64,000 nt of DNA. Origin: Candidatus Latescibacterota bacterium (lineage in GTDB: Bacteria > Latescibacterota > UBA2968 > GCA-2709665). Both the position numbers and the translations under genes were made by a program. The notes beneath the pieces are model-generated. The model worked only from the letters and a program-made list of their open reading frames with translations. It made no database searches and was not told the DNA's origin. Below are positions 10,521-19,621 of this stretch, piece after piece. How positions within the stretch are numbered: the first letter of the stretch is position 1; the number at the start of each line of letters is the position of its first letter. The DNA is taken from NCBI GenBank assembly GCA_965219455.1, contig OZ244744.1:352001-416000 (forward strand), in the 5' to 3' direction.

Positions 10521-10545
10521 CCTCCTGTTTCGCCACCCCTTTTGC

Positions 10546-11021
10546 TTACTTCAACAAAATCGCAGGCAACCGTTTCAATTCCTGGTTGCGCGGATCCACC
10601 TCGAAGCCGCCGGACTCCAGAGCCGTTACGCCAAGAAGCGGTTCTGCACCTTCCTCGCAATATACGATGGTGCCGCCCACGACCTCTCCTTCGAATTCCA
10701 GGTCGGCCGTCGTGATCTCCAGGTTGATCCTGGTCCCGTCTGCAAGGGTGTACTCCCGGCGACCCTTCGGCTTAAGTCCGATGGCTTCCAACCGAGCCCT
10801 TGGCACGAGCGAGTCAAACGCGCCAGTGTCCACCAGGAATTCGCCGGTCCAGCTTTGCTGAAGATCTGCCGGATTTCGGATCGTTACGTCAACATAGGAG
10901 CCTGCGCTCCAGAACTGATTTGAGCACCGCACTATACTATATATAGTGTCCTCAGATATCTTCTTTAACTATATATAGTATAGTGAGTTTTCTGCGGCGC
11001 AGACTCATAGGTCGCGCCCAT
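10546..11021 (-). pseudogene. Clan AA (retropepsin-like) aspartic protease interrupted by a MITE after codon 5
   Basis: 'FLVDTGA' catalytic motif and 'LLGVTALE'. Removing 10898-11006 plus one ATAG copy restores MGATYVDVTIRNP from ATG 11021, which has an AAGGAG RBS. Confidence 0.88.
10898..11006. mobile_element. 109-bp MITE with 17-bp imperfect TIRs and 4-bp target duplication (ATAG)
   Basis: TIRs gagcctgcgctccagaa / ttctgcggcgcagactc (14/17 match); ATAG at 10894-10897 and 11007-11010; internal perfect 18-bp inverted repeat. Confidence 0.88.
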
Positions 11022-11095
11022 AATGTATCTCCTTTCGGCTGGTCCAGCACCATGTTTAATATCGCCGAAAAGGACTCTGCAAACAACGTGCCAAT

Positions 11096-12196
11096 TCACC
11101 GCGCGAGCCAGGCGCTGAAGCGTTCGTTCATTTCGTCCAGGTGATCGCTCCACCATTCCCAGTTATTGCGCAGGGCGCGCTTCGCGTTCCGAGGGCTGGT
11201 GGGCATGTGCGGATTCATATCCACGCCTTTCTCAGCATGCGTCGAAATCAGCGGCATCGCGGAGCGGCGCGTCGGACTGTAGGAGATGTACCGGCCCACG
11301 CCGGCCATGGACTGTGGACGCGTGGAAAACTTGAGAAACTTCATCGCCGCTTCGAGATTGGGCGTGCCCGCGACAATGCCCAGCCCGCCCGTGTCGAGAA
11401 TCTGGCCGTCCCACACCACCACGAAGGGCTGGTTTTCCAGCACCTGCGCATTGAAGATGCGCCCGTTGTAGGCCGTGCTCATCGCCACCTCCCCGTCGGC
11501 CAGCATCTGAGGCGGCTGTGCCCCCGTCTCCCACCACACAATGTGTTCCTTAATCGTACCCAGTTTGCGGAAGGCGCGGTCCACGCCAGCGGGCGTGTCG
11601 AGCGTGGCGTAGACCGAGTCGATCGGTACCCCGTCGGCCATCAGCGCGAACTCGAGGTTCACCAGCGGCGACCGACGCATACCGCGGCGCCCGGGGAAAT
11701 TCTCCAGGTCGAAAAAGTCGGCGATGGCGGCTGGTTTCTTGCCCTTAATATGTTTTTCGTTGTACGCGTAGACGGTGGAATAGAAAATCGTGGCCGGGCC
11801 ACAGTCCGTCACCGTACCGGAAACAAAATCTTCGGCCGCGGGCTTACCGTCTGCCCCTGCGGGGAGCGAATCCACCGCGATGGGTTCCAGCAGTCCCTCG
11901 TCGCAACCGCGCACCATGTCGGGGATCTCCAGGTCGACCACGTCCCAGTAAACATTGCCCACGTCCACCTGCGCGCGAATCTGCGCCAGCCCCCCGTTGT
12001 AGTCTTCGAGGTTGATGGCGATGCCGGTCTCGGCGGTGAACGCCTCGTGGTACCCCTTGACGCACGCACGCGCGTAGGACCCGCCCCACGACACCACGGT
12101 CAGCGGACGGTCGCCTGCGAGAGCACCGGCCCCGGACAGCACGGACAGGCCCATCAACGACGTGATACGCGCAATCCTTCTCCAGACGTCCTTCAT
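11096..12196 (-). CDS. Polyamine-type ABC transporter substrate-binding protein (PotD/PotF-like)
   Basis: Signal peptide, 'LTVVSWGGSY', 'WDVVD', 'STAYNGR'. Confidence 0.9.
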   Translation of the reverse strand: MKDVWRRIARITSLMGLSVLSGAGALAGDRPLTVVSWGGSYARACVKGYHEAFTAETGIAINLEDYNGGLAQIRAQVDVGNVYWDVVDLEIPDMVRGCDEGLLEPIAVDSLPAGADGKPAAEDFVSGTVTDCGPATIFYSTVYAYNEKHIKGKKPAAIADFFDLENFPGRRGMRRSPLVNLEFALMADGVPIDSVYATLDTPAGVDRAFRKLGTIKEHIVWWETGAQPPQMLADGEVAMSTAYNGRIFNAQVLENQPFVVVWDGQILDTGGLGIVAGTPNLEAAMKFLKFSTRPQSMAGVGRYISYSPTRRSAMPLISTHAEKGVDMNPHMPTSPRNAKRALRNNWEWWSDHLDEMNERFSAWLAR

Positions 12197-13302
12197 GTTG
12201 TTACCTCCTCGTCATCCGGATCCAGCACCCGGCAGTCCGTCGGCGTCCATCCGATCCGAACCCGGTCGCCAGCCAGCATGGCGCCGTGCCCCACGATATT
12301 CAGTATTTTCGCGATAAAATCCGAACGGCCGCAGACGTTAACGCGAACCCGCAGGTGGTCGCCCAGAAACGTGATATCCTCAATTATCGCGTCGAGTTCG
12401 TTCGTGTAGAGGCCGGGTTCCGGCGAGATGGCGACCCGCTCCGGTCGGATCGAAAGCGTCGTGGCGTCGCCCGAACCGCACGGCGCAACGCGAAGGGCGC
12501 TGATGATCTGACCGCCCGTCTCGACCTCGCAAATGTCCCCGTCCACGTTCGTCACCCGGCCGTGCAGGCGATTGTTTTCGCCGATGAAGCGGGCGACGAA
12601 CGAGCGCTCCGGCTCTTCGTAGAGAACCTCGGGTTCGTCCACCTGCTCGATGTCCCCGCCCCGGAGCACGGCGATCCGGTCCGACATGACCATCGCCTCC
12701 TCCTGATCGTGCGTAACGTACACCACGGTGACGCCCAGGCTCTTGTGGATGCGCCGGATTTCGTACTGCATCTCCTCCCTGAGGCGGCGGTCAAGCGCGC
12801 CGAGCGGCTCGTCCATCAACACCAGATCGGGCTGAAAGACCAGCGCCCGGGCGATCGCCACGCGCTGCTGCTGGCCCCCGGAGAGTTGGCCGGGGCGCCG
12901 TTCCTCGAGGCCGTCGAGGCGGACCAGCTGAAGGGCTCGCGCCACGCGTTCCGTGCATTGCATCGAGTCGAACCCGCGCACCTCCAGTGGAAAGGCAAGG
13001 TTGCGGCCAACCGTCATGTGGGGGAAAAGCGCGTAATTCTGAAAAACCATGCCAATGCCGCGCTTGCGAGGCGGCAGCGCATGTACGGAACGACCGTCGA
13101 TACGGATCGCGCCCGAGGAGGGCGTTTCGAAGCCGGCGAGCATCATCAGGCAGGTGGTCTTACCCGATCCGGAAGGCCCGAGCAGAGTGAGGAACTCCCC
13201 TTTCCGGACACTCAGATCGAGGTTGTCGACGACGAGGGTACGGCCGTCGAAACTCTTGCTAACCCCCTCGAACTCGACGTACGCGTAATCGTTTCGGTGC
13301 AT
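12193..13302 (-). CDS. potA: Polyamine-type ABC transporter ATP-binding protein (PotA-like)
   Basis: [27 protein letters not shown]-terminal TOBE-like region. Confidence 0.9.
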   Translation of the reverse strand: MHRNDYAYVEFEGVSKSFDGRTLVVDNLDLSVRKGEFLTLLGPSGSGKTTCLMMLAGFETPSSGAIRIDGRSVHALPPRKRGIGMVFQNYALFPHMTVGRNLAFPLEVRGFDSMQCTERVARALQLVRLDGLEERRPGQLSGGQQQRVAIARALVFQPDLVLMDEPLGALDRRLREEMQYEIRRIHKSLGVTVVYVTHDQEEAMVMSDRIAVLRGGDIEQVDEPEVLYEEPERSFVARFIGENNRLHGRVTNVDGDICEVETGGQIISALRVAPCGSGDATTLSIRPERVAISPEPGLYTNELDAIIEDITFLGDHLRVRVNVCGRSDFIAKILNIVGHGAMLAGDRVRIGWTPTDCRVLDPDDEEVTT

Positions 13303-13394
13303 TTGGGCGGCCTTTGGGTCTTGTATCCCTATGAACGGTTTATTGTGGGCGAAAATACCGCACTTTCAGACTTCAAGAGTGTTCCACCTGCGGC

Positions 13395-14219
13395 TCATCT
13401 CGACGTAGAATGCCTCCGCATCCATTCAACGGTGAACAGCAGCAGGACGGCAAATACGATGAGAAAAGTCGCCACCGCCAGGATCGTCGGACTGATCTGC
13501 TCACGGATGCCGGCCCACATCTGGCGCGGAATCGTACGCTGTTCGATTGCGGCCATGAACAGTACCACGACCACTTCATCGAAGGACGTTGCGAAAGCGA
13601 AGAGCGCCCCTGAGATCACGCCGGGCGCGATAAGCGGCAGTTGAACCTGGCGAAAGATGCGCACGGGCCCGGCGCCGAGGCTGGCGGCCGCGCGCGCCAG
13701 GTTGGTGTCGAAAGCGGACAGCGTGGCGGTCACCGTGATCACGACAAAGGGCGTGCCAAGCGCAGCGTGGGCAAGAATCAGACCCAAATGGGTCTGGGCC
13801 AGGCCCAGGTTTGAGTAGAAGAAGAACATGCCCGCCGCTGCGATAATCACCGGGGTCACCATGGGCGAAATGAGCAACCCCATCGCCAAGCGACGGCCGG
13901 GCATGGCCGGACTGCTCAGCCCCATCGCCGCGAGCGTGCCCAGCGCCGTCGCCAGCGCCGTGGACGCGACGCCGATGATCAGGCTGTTGACGAGCGCACG
14001 CGTCCATACCTCGTTTTCGACAATCTGCCGGTACCAGCGCATCGAATACGCGTCGGCGTCCAGGCGCAGCATCCCCTCGGTAAAGGTAAAGTAGGGCTCG
14101 GCGTTGAAGCTCAGCGGCACGATCACCAGGATCGGCGCGACGAGAAACAGAAACACGGCCCCGCAGAACCCCACATGAATAAATCGGCCGACGCGTTCCT
14201 GTCTACCCCGGGTCGCCAT
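13395..14219 (-). CDS. potC: Polyamine-type ABC permease (PotC-like)
   Basis: 'AAASLGA' EAA loop, 'FATSFDEVV'. Confidence 0.88.
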   Translation of the reverse strand: MATRGRQERVGRFIHVGFCGAVFLFLVAPILVIVPLSFNAEPYFTFTEGMLRLDADAYSMRWYRQIVENEVWTRALVNSLIIGVASTALATALGTLAAMGLSSPAMPGRRLAMGLLISPMVTPVIIAAAGMFFFYSNLGLAQTHLGLILAHAALGTPFVVITVTATLSAFDTNLARAAASLGAGPVRIFRQVQLPLIAPGVISGALFAFATSFDEVVVVLFMAAIEQRTIPRQMWAGIREQISPTILAVATFLIVFAVLLLFTVEWMRRHSTSR

Positions 14220-14220
14220 C

Positions 14221-15435
14221 TCAGCCCAACCTCATCCGCTCGATTCCCACAATGCGGTCGTAGAGCACATAAAGCACGCCCACACATGCCAGCAGGATGC
14301 CGCCAAGCGCCGCGGCAAGACCCCAGTTGAGCGAGGTCTGCATGTGGAACGCGATCATATTGGAGATGAGTTGCCCGCTGCTCCCGCCCACCAGTGCGGG
14401 TGTGATATAGTAGCCGATGGCGAGAATGAACACCAGGAGCGATCCCGCGCTCACGCCGGGCAGGGTCTGCGGCCAGTACACGCGCCAGAACGCCTGAAAG
14501 GGGCTTGCGCCCAGGGAGGCCGCGGCGCTCATCTGGATCGGCGGGATGGCGCGCATGATCGAATAGAGGGGGAGAATCATGAAGGGAAGTAGCACGTGCG
14601 TCATTGCCACCAATGTGCCGGTCATGTTATAAATCATCGCCAGCCGGCCGTCGTCACCGATCAGACCCAGAGCCACGAGCACGTCGTTGACTACGCCCTG
14701 TGTCTGCAGCAACACGATCCAGGACGTGGTACGCACGAGCAGCGACGTCCAGAAGGGGACCAGTACAAGGATCAGAAGCAGGTTGCCAAGACGCGGGGGC
14801 GCGTGCGCGATCATATGCGCAATCGGGTAACCAAGCAGCAGACACAGCCCCGTGATGCTCAGGCTCACCCAGAGGGTCCGCCACAGCAGCGGAAGGTAGA
14901 TGCGGCGTTCTTCGGGCTGGCGCGCGATGGCGCCGTCCGGCCGCTTCTGCAGGTCCAGGGCGTTGAGATAGTGCCTTGGCGTAAACCGCTGCCCGGCGCT
15001 TCGGATCGCGTGCCAGGTCCGGACATCGCCCCAGGCGGAGTTAATGCCGAGCATGGCGTCGCGCCACGGTCCGCTGCTGACGCGCCGAAGGCGCCGCACG
15101 CTCTTCGTCAACACGCTTCGCAGCCCGCCGTGGACCCGGTTGACGCGGCTGGCGATCTTACCGAGGGTGCGATCCTCGTGCGCCTTCACGAGTTCACGCG
15201 CGGCGGATTCGTAGACCGCCTCGTGAGGAGCACCCTGGCCGTCCCATTCGTTTAACAGGGCGAGCGTCCGGGGCATGGCATCGGCAACCACGGGGTCGTA
15301 CACGCTTCGCACCAGCATCGTCGCAAGCGGCGCCGCGAAGGTGAAACCGACAAAGGCAATCAGCGGCAGCACCAACCCCGCAGCGCGCAGCCGCGGACGG
15401 AGATTCGGGTTTTTGATATGCCGTTTTGAATCCAT
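14221..15435 (-). CDS. potB: Polyamine-type ABC permease (PotB-like)
   Basis: 'PFWTSLLVRT', 'LLPFMILPLY', 'AAASLGA'. Confidence 0.88.
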   Translation of the reverse strand: MDSKRHIKNPNLRPRLRAAGLVLPLIAFVGFTFAAPLATMLVRSVYDPVVADAMPRTLALLNEWDGQGAPHEAVYESAARELVKAHEDRTLGKIASRVNRVHGGLRSVLTKSVRRLRRVSSGPWRDAMLGINSAWGDVRTWHAIRSAGQRFTPRHYLNALDLQKRPDGAIARQPEERRIYLPLLWRTLWVSLSITGLCLLLGYPIAHMIAHAPPRLGNLLLILVLVPFWTSLLVRTTSWIVLLQTQGVVNDVLVALGLIGDDGRLAMIYNMTGTLVAMTHVLLPFMILPLYSIMRAIPPIQMSAAASLGASPFQAFWRVYWPQTLPGVSAGSLLVFILAIGYYITPALVGGSSGQLISNMIAFHMQTSLNWGLAAALGGILLACVGVLYVLYDRIVGIERMRLG

Positions 15436-15545
15436 ACGGAAGGTGCAGATTTCCAGTTGTTTACGCGTGGTGCAATGCCCCGGTATGCATCAGATCGAAT
15501 ATATCGGTATCCGGTTCCGGGCCCCCCGATGACGACATGGCGCCG

Positions 15546-16130
15546 TTAAGGTTCGAAGGTGGGGCAGTCAACAAGCGTCGGTACGCAACCATCGGGAATG
15601 GGGACCTGAAACGCATTCAGTGTCTGTGCCACCATGCTGTAATAGCCGGCAATCCCCGTCAGTTCCACAACGCCGGTCTTTCCCAATGCTTCCTGGGCCG
15701 CGTTGAATACGCCGTCCGGGACAAATCGATTGTTGAGTAATTCACTGACATAGTTGAAAACGGCTTGTTCGTCGTCAAGGCCAAAATGGGGATCCTGTCC
15801 GTGACGGATCGCGTCGATGATATCCTCGCCCAACCCGCTCTCGACGGCGAACGGTTCGTGCAGGGACCACTCAACCTGGCAGTCCCAGAATCGCGCCGTC
15901 ACGAGGATCGCCAATTCGCTGAGTCTCGGCGCCAGGCTGGTGCGGTAGCGCACGAATTCGCCCAGACTCTGGGCACGGTCGGCCAACTTGGGGCTGTGCA
16001 GCCAGATCCCGAAGGGCCCCGCGATGCTGCCCCTGGATTCGAGGATGGCATCATAGATACGCGCCTGCTCCTCGTTCAGTTCGGCGCGTTCCAACTGGCC
16101 CGGTCTGCTCACAATTGTAGACTCCGGCAA
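15546..16130 (-). CDS. Carboxymuconolactone decarboxylase (CMD/AhpD-like) family protein
   Basis: 'GPFGIWLHSP', 'ELAILVTAR....VEWSLH', 'VELTGIAGYY'. Confidence 0.85.
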   Translation of the reverse strand: MPESTIVSRPGQLERAELNEEQARIYDAILESRGSIAGPFGIWLHSPKLADRAQSLGEFVRYRTSLAPRLSELAILVTARFWDCQVEWSLHEPFAVESGLGEDIIDAIRHGQDPHFGLDDEQAVFNYVSELLNNRFVPDGVFNAAQEALGKTGVVELTGIAGYYSMVAQTLNAFQVPIPDGCVPTLVDCPTFEP

Positions 16131-16206
16131 TTCTGAGGATAAAGGTAGATATCAGAACGAAATCGTGGGATTCATCAATCCACGATCCATCGCACAACTG
16201 GGGCCA

Positions 16207-16530
16207 CTAAGGATCGAGCATTGAATCGGTACGCGTAATCCTGCGCTTCGCGGGCTCTTTCTCAGGACACATCCAGTCGGGAAGAGGGCTGCCCGTCGCC
16301 CCCGCATACAGGGTCTCCGGTGCGATGTCGATCTCGTTGCCCCAGGTCAGAACCCCAAGCTCCTTGTTAATAGTGAAGTTCCGGAAGAACTCGAGATCCT
16401 TGAATCGCTCGAAAATACCTCGACGCTCCACATATTTCGCGAAGTCGACGGTGCCTCGCCGGCCGTCATCGAACTCAATGTCGATGAGGTAGGCGCCTCC
16501 ATAGCTGGCTGAAACCACGTCGTGCAGCAT
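16207..16530 (-). CDS. DUF2442 domain protein (antitoxin-like)
   Basis: 'IEFDDGRRGTVDF', 'GVLTWGNEIDIAPETLY'. Confidence 0.85.
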   Translation of the reverse strand: MLHDVVSASYGGAYLIDIEFDDGRRGTVDFAKYVERRGIFERFKDLEFFRNFTINKELGVLTWGNEIDIAPETLYAGATGSPLPDWMCPEKEPAKRRITRTDSMLDP

Positions 16531-16608
16531 ACGTTTCGACCTTTTTATTGAGGAAATCACATCTCCTCGGTGGCCTGTCGCTTGGCGCTTTATTGTTGTT
16601 CGATGCGC

Positions 16609-16809
16609 CTAAAGTTCCTTTAGCCGACCTTTTCCTTTGTCATCTAAAGCCTCGGAGATCAAGAAATCCAACTTCCCGTCTTTTGAATCCGCTTCAATCT
16701 GTCGGTCCCACTTCTTCCAGTCCAACTCACTAAACCATTGTTTTAATCTAAGCTAATCAAATTCCGGGAGATCCATGATCGCTTGCCGTATTTCCGCTAT
16801 TTTTGTCAT
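16609..16809 (-). pseudogene. Small antitoxin-like gene with an in-frame TAG at codon 19
   Basis: Manual translation MTKIAEIRQAIMDLPEFD*LRLKQWFSELDWKKWDRQIEADSKDGKLDFLISEALDDKGKGRLKEL. 'WDRQIEAD...GKLD.L' resembles small proteins found upstream of ParE/RelE-like toxins (recalled, not searched). Confidence 0.65.
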
Positions 16810-16984
16810 TTCTTTTATCCACTATTCAGTTTCAGATCAGACAAAGACTGCCATTTCCAATTGTCAAGTGTCCGAACGGGCGATCACGCTCGCACCCAAT
16901 CATTGCTTTTCAAACTTCGCTGCTCTTCACGAGTCTCAAGCGATACTGCAAGGAGCATGAGGTGGAATACCGAGCGATCAGTGC

Positions 16985-17200
16985 TTACGGTGCTACCTCA
17001 AGATAGACCGACTCCGTGGTTGGTTCCGGAATCGGATAGCGCTCTTGTTTCAACCCATCGAGGTGAAATTCGATTGCCTCCTTCATGTTCGCTTCTACTT
17101 CCTGCCGCGTGGCACCGGTGGACACACATCCGGGAAGATCCGGAGAATACGCCGAAAATCCGGTTTCCGTCATCTCGATGACAATCAAGTACCTGTTCAT
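16985..17200 (-). CDS. hicB: HicB-family antitoxin
   Basis: 'YLIVIE..ETGFSAYSPDLPGCVSTGATRQEVEANMKEAIEFHL'. Confidence 0.9.
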   Translation of the reverse strand: MNRYLIVIEMTETGFSAYSPDLPGCVSTGATRQEVEANMKEAIEFHLDGLKQERYPIPEPTTESVYLEVAP

Positions 17201-17305
17201 GTCCTTTCCCGGTATCGTATTCCTCATGCGTTAGTGTCGCCCGAATGTCCACTTTCTGCATGTTTCATTGTGTAGACGTGACAGGACGTGCTCTCGTTCT
17301 TACTG

Positions 17306-18379
17306 TCACTCCCTATGCGCCGCGATGAAGTCTTCGTTGAGCGTCAGCCCGAGGCCGGGTTCGTCTCCCATGTGGATCTCGCCTTCCACGATCTGAAATG
17401 GGGGATCGTAGAGGTCCGACCAGATCTGATACGGCTCGGTATGCGGGCAGGCGGAAACCATCAGCCCGTTGGGTACGGCGGCGATCAGGTGGCAGTTGAT
17501 TTCCGGAAAGGAAGCCCCGTGCGGCGCCACGTAGACGTGGTGCGCCTCGGCCAGCGCCGCCATTCGCATCAGACCCGTGAACCCCCCGCCGCCGATGATA
17601 TCCGACTGAACCACCTGCAGCCCTCCATCGACGATCAAATGCCGAGTGCCATACAACGTGCCCTCGCTCTCACCGCCGGCGACCAGCGCGCCCGTGGCCT
17701 CGCGCACCATCCTCATATGTGCCGCTTCGTCGTCGCCACGAACGGGTTCTTCAATCCAGAACAGGTCATAGGGCTCAAACCGGCGCGCCATCGCCGCAGC
17801 CGTCTTTCCTTCCCACATCCTGTGTATGTCGATCATCAACCTCGGGCCGTCGCCCAAGGCCTCGCGCGACAATCTCACTTTGTCAAACGCGAGTTCGCGA
17901 TCGTCATCCGACAAATGGAACTTCACGGCCTTGAATCCCAGGTCCGCGTGCTTTCTGACAAGGGCGGCGACCTCCGTGGCGTTCTGATGTTCATAGCCGA
18001 TCCCGTCCGCATACGCGGTCACCCGGTTCCTGAACCCGCCCAGCATCCGCCAGACCGGTTCGCCGCACGCCTTGCCATATAAATCCCAGAGCGCCACGTC
18101 CAGGGCGCCGATCGTGCCCATCGCGGCCCGGCCGGGGCCGCGAAAGCGCCACGCGCAATCGTACATCCGCTGCCATAGCCTGGCCGGTCGCCGAGGATCT
18201 TCGCCCACAAGCAGCGGAGCGAACTCCCGCTCGATCATTTCCGCATTTCCACCCCTGCCGATGCCCACAAGCCCGTTATCCGCCCGGACAAGCTGAAGGG
18301 GCCAGGTCCGCTTGACGCCCCTACCGGACGGCCCCCAGAAACAGGTCAGCGAAATCGTCTCGATGCGCTCGATTCTCAT
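17306..18379 (-). CDS. Mandelate racemase/muconate lactonizing enzyme family protein
   Basis: 'ALDVALWDLYGK', 'KAVKF', 'LMID', 'WIEEP', 'GGES', 'APH'. Confidence 0.92.
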   Translation of the reverse strand: MRIERIETISLTCFWGPSGRGVKRTWPLQLVRADNGLVGIGRGGNAEMIEREFAPLLVGEDPRRPARLWQRMYDCAWRFRGPGRAAMGTIGALDVALWDLYGKACGEPVWRMLGGFRNRVTAYADGIGYEHQNATEVAALVRKHADLGFKAVKFHLSDDDRELAFDKVRLSREALGDGPRLMIDIHRMWEGKTAAAMARRFEPYDLFWIEEPVRGDDEAAHMRMVREATGALVAGGESEGTLYGTRHLIVDGGLQVVQSDIIGGGGFTGLMRMAALAEAHHVYVAPHGASFPEINCHLIAAVPNGLMVSACPHTEPYQIWSDLYDPPFQIVEGEIHMGDEPGLGLTLNEDFIAAHRE

Positions 18380-18396
18380 GGCGTGACCTCCATTGT

Positions 18397-18822
18397 TCAG
18401 GATGCAATGCGTTTGCTAAGGATTACTCTCGTACCGGCCGCGCAAAAGTGGTGTTGGACGTCGTCCACCATGGCGCGCATCATCAGCAAGCCGCGGCCGG
18501 AGGGTTTCAACAGGTTCTCCTCGGCAAGAGGATCCGGAACCTCCCCCGGGTCGAACCCGGGCCCCTGATCCCGGACCGCGATGTGCAACATCCCATCCAC
18601 CACCGTAAACTCGACGGTGAACGATCTTTCCCGCACACCCCCGTTACCGTGGAAAATGGCATTGTTAACGGCTTCCGTGAGCGCGAGAGCCACCTCGTCG
18701 CAGGCATCCTCGCTCATCGCCAGATCCGCCGTGACCTTCGCCGCGGCGTCAACCGCCTCATGAAGCGACGCTACGCAACTGGGCAATTCCAGTCGCTTGA
18801 CTTCTCGAGATCCAGTACCCAT
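18397..18822 (-). CDS. Anti-sigma factor / Ser-Thr kinase (RsbW-like HATPase)
   Basis: 'EAVNNAIFHGN', 'DQGPGFDP', 'SGRGL'. Confidence 0.9.
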   Translation of the reverse strand: MGTGSREVKRLELPSCVASLHEAVDAAAKVTADLAMSEDACDEVALALTEAVNNAIFHGNGGVRERSFTVEFTVVDGMLHIAVRDQGPGFDPGEVPDPLAEENLLKPSGRGLLMMRAMVDDVQHHFCAAGTRVILSKRIAS

Positions 18823-18956
18823 AGACGCATTCCCTCATTCCACTCGGGGGCCACCGACAGCGGCTGCCGCAGCCGGCCTTCCGGACTCCAGCGCGGGGCC
18901 GGCGCGATGAAACCGGACACTGGATTTGCCGGCGCGAGCCATCCGGGGAATTCTCC

Positions 18957-18985
18957 TTGACAATCCCGTCGCATGAAGTTATCAA
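18957..18985 (+). promoter_or_regulatory. Possible sigma70 promoter for ridA
   Basis: TTGACA-17 nt-TATCAA. Confidence 0.4.
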
Positions 18986-19093
18986 AGACGACCACGATAT
19001 TGAAAGGGGCGATCGCCGACGACCCCTGGGGTGCAACCTTCGATTCGCCGATTACGCGGTACATCACGCAACCAGGAATGGAGACTTCGCGCC

Positions 19094-19477
19094 ATGCAGA
19101 AAGAGGTCATTACCACCGACAAGGCCGCCCTTCCCGTGGGTCCTTATTCGCAGGCCATAAAAACGGGCGATCTGATCTTTGTAGCGGGCGAAAAGGGAAT
19201 CGACCCCGGAACCGGCGTCATTGTCAGTGGCGGAATCGCGGCGGAAACCCGGCAGACGCTGGATAATATCCAGGCGATCCTGGAGGCCGCGGGCGCGACA
19301 ATGGATCACGTGGTCCGCACGGTTGTCTACATGACGGACATTTCGGAATTCGCCGAAATGAACGCCGTCTACGCGGGTTACTTCCCGAACGCCCCCCCCG
19401 GACGGAGCTGCGTACAGGTGGTTGCCCTCCCTGCCGGGGCCCACGTTGAAATCGAAGTGACGGCCGTTCTGTCCTGA
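19094..19477 (+). CDS. ridA: RidA/YjgF family enamine deaminase
   Basis: 'GPYSQAI', 'FAEMNAVY', 'PPGRSCVQV..LP....VEIE'. Confidence 0.9.
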   Translation: MQKEVITTDKAALPVGPYSQAIKTGDLIFVAGEKGIDPGTGVIVSGGIAAETRQTLDNIQAILEAAGATMDHVVRTVVYMTDISEFAEMNAVYAGYFPNAPPGRSCVQVVALPAGAHVEIEVTAVLS

Positions 19478-19523
19478 CCTGCCGGCGGCAGTGCTCCCGA
19501 CCTTCCGTCGCAGTGAGCGAAGA

Positions 19524-19621
19524 CTAGTGTCCCGTCCCAGAAATAGGTCACCATTCATCCGACGGTTCATCCCGTCTCGGCGGTCGAATTTAGGCAATCT
19601 ATTTCGGGGACAGAACACTAG
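19524..19621. mobile_element. MITE-like element, CTAG-bounded, short copy (98 bp)
   Basis: Same termini and flanking arms as 4776-4944; lacks the central 71 bp. Confidence 0.8.

Noticed and set aside
3185-13644. Long antisense ORFs (e.g. 3185-4411, 11141-12409, 12286-13644)
   Set aside because: They mirror well-supported genes, as expected from high-GC codon bias, and carry no motifs.
16753-16755. In-frame TAG as possible pyrrolysine or readthrough
   Set aside because: It lies in a small antitoxin-like gene next to a degraded toxin start, and no pyl genes are in the window. A nonsense mutation is simpler.
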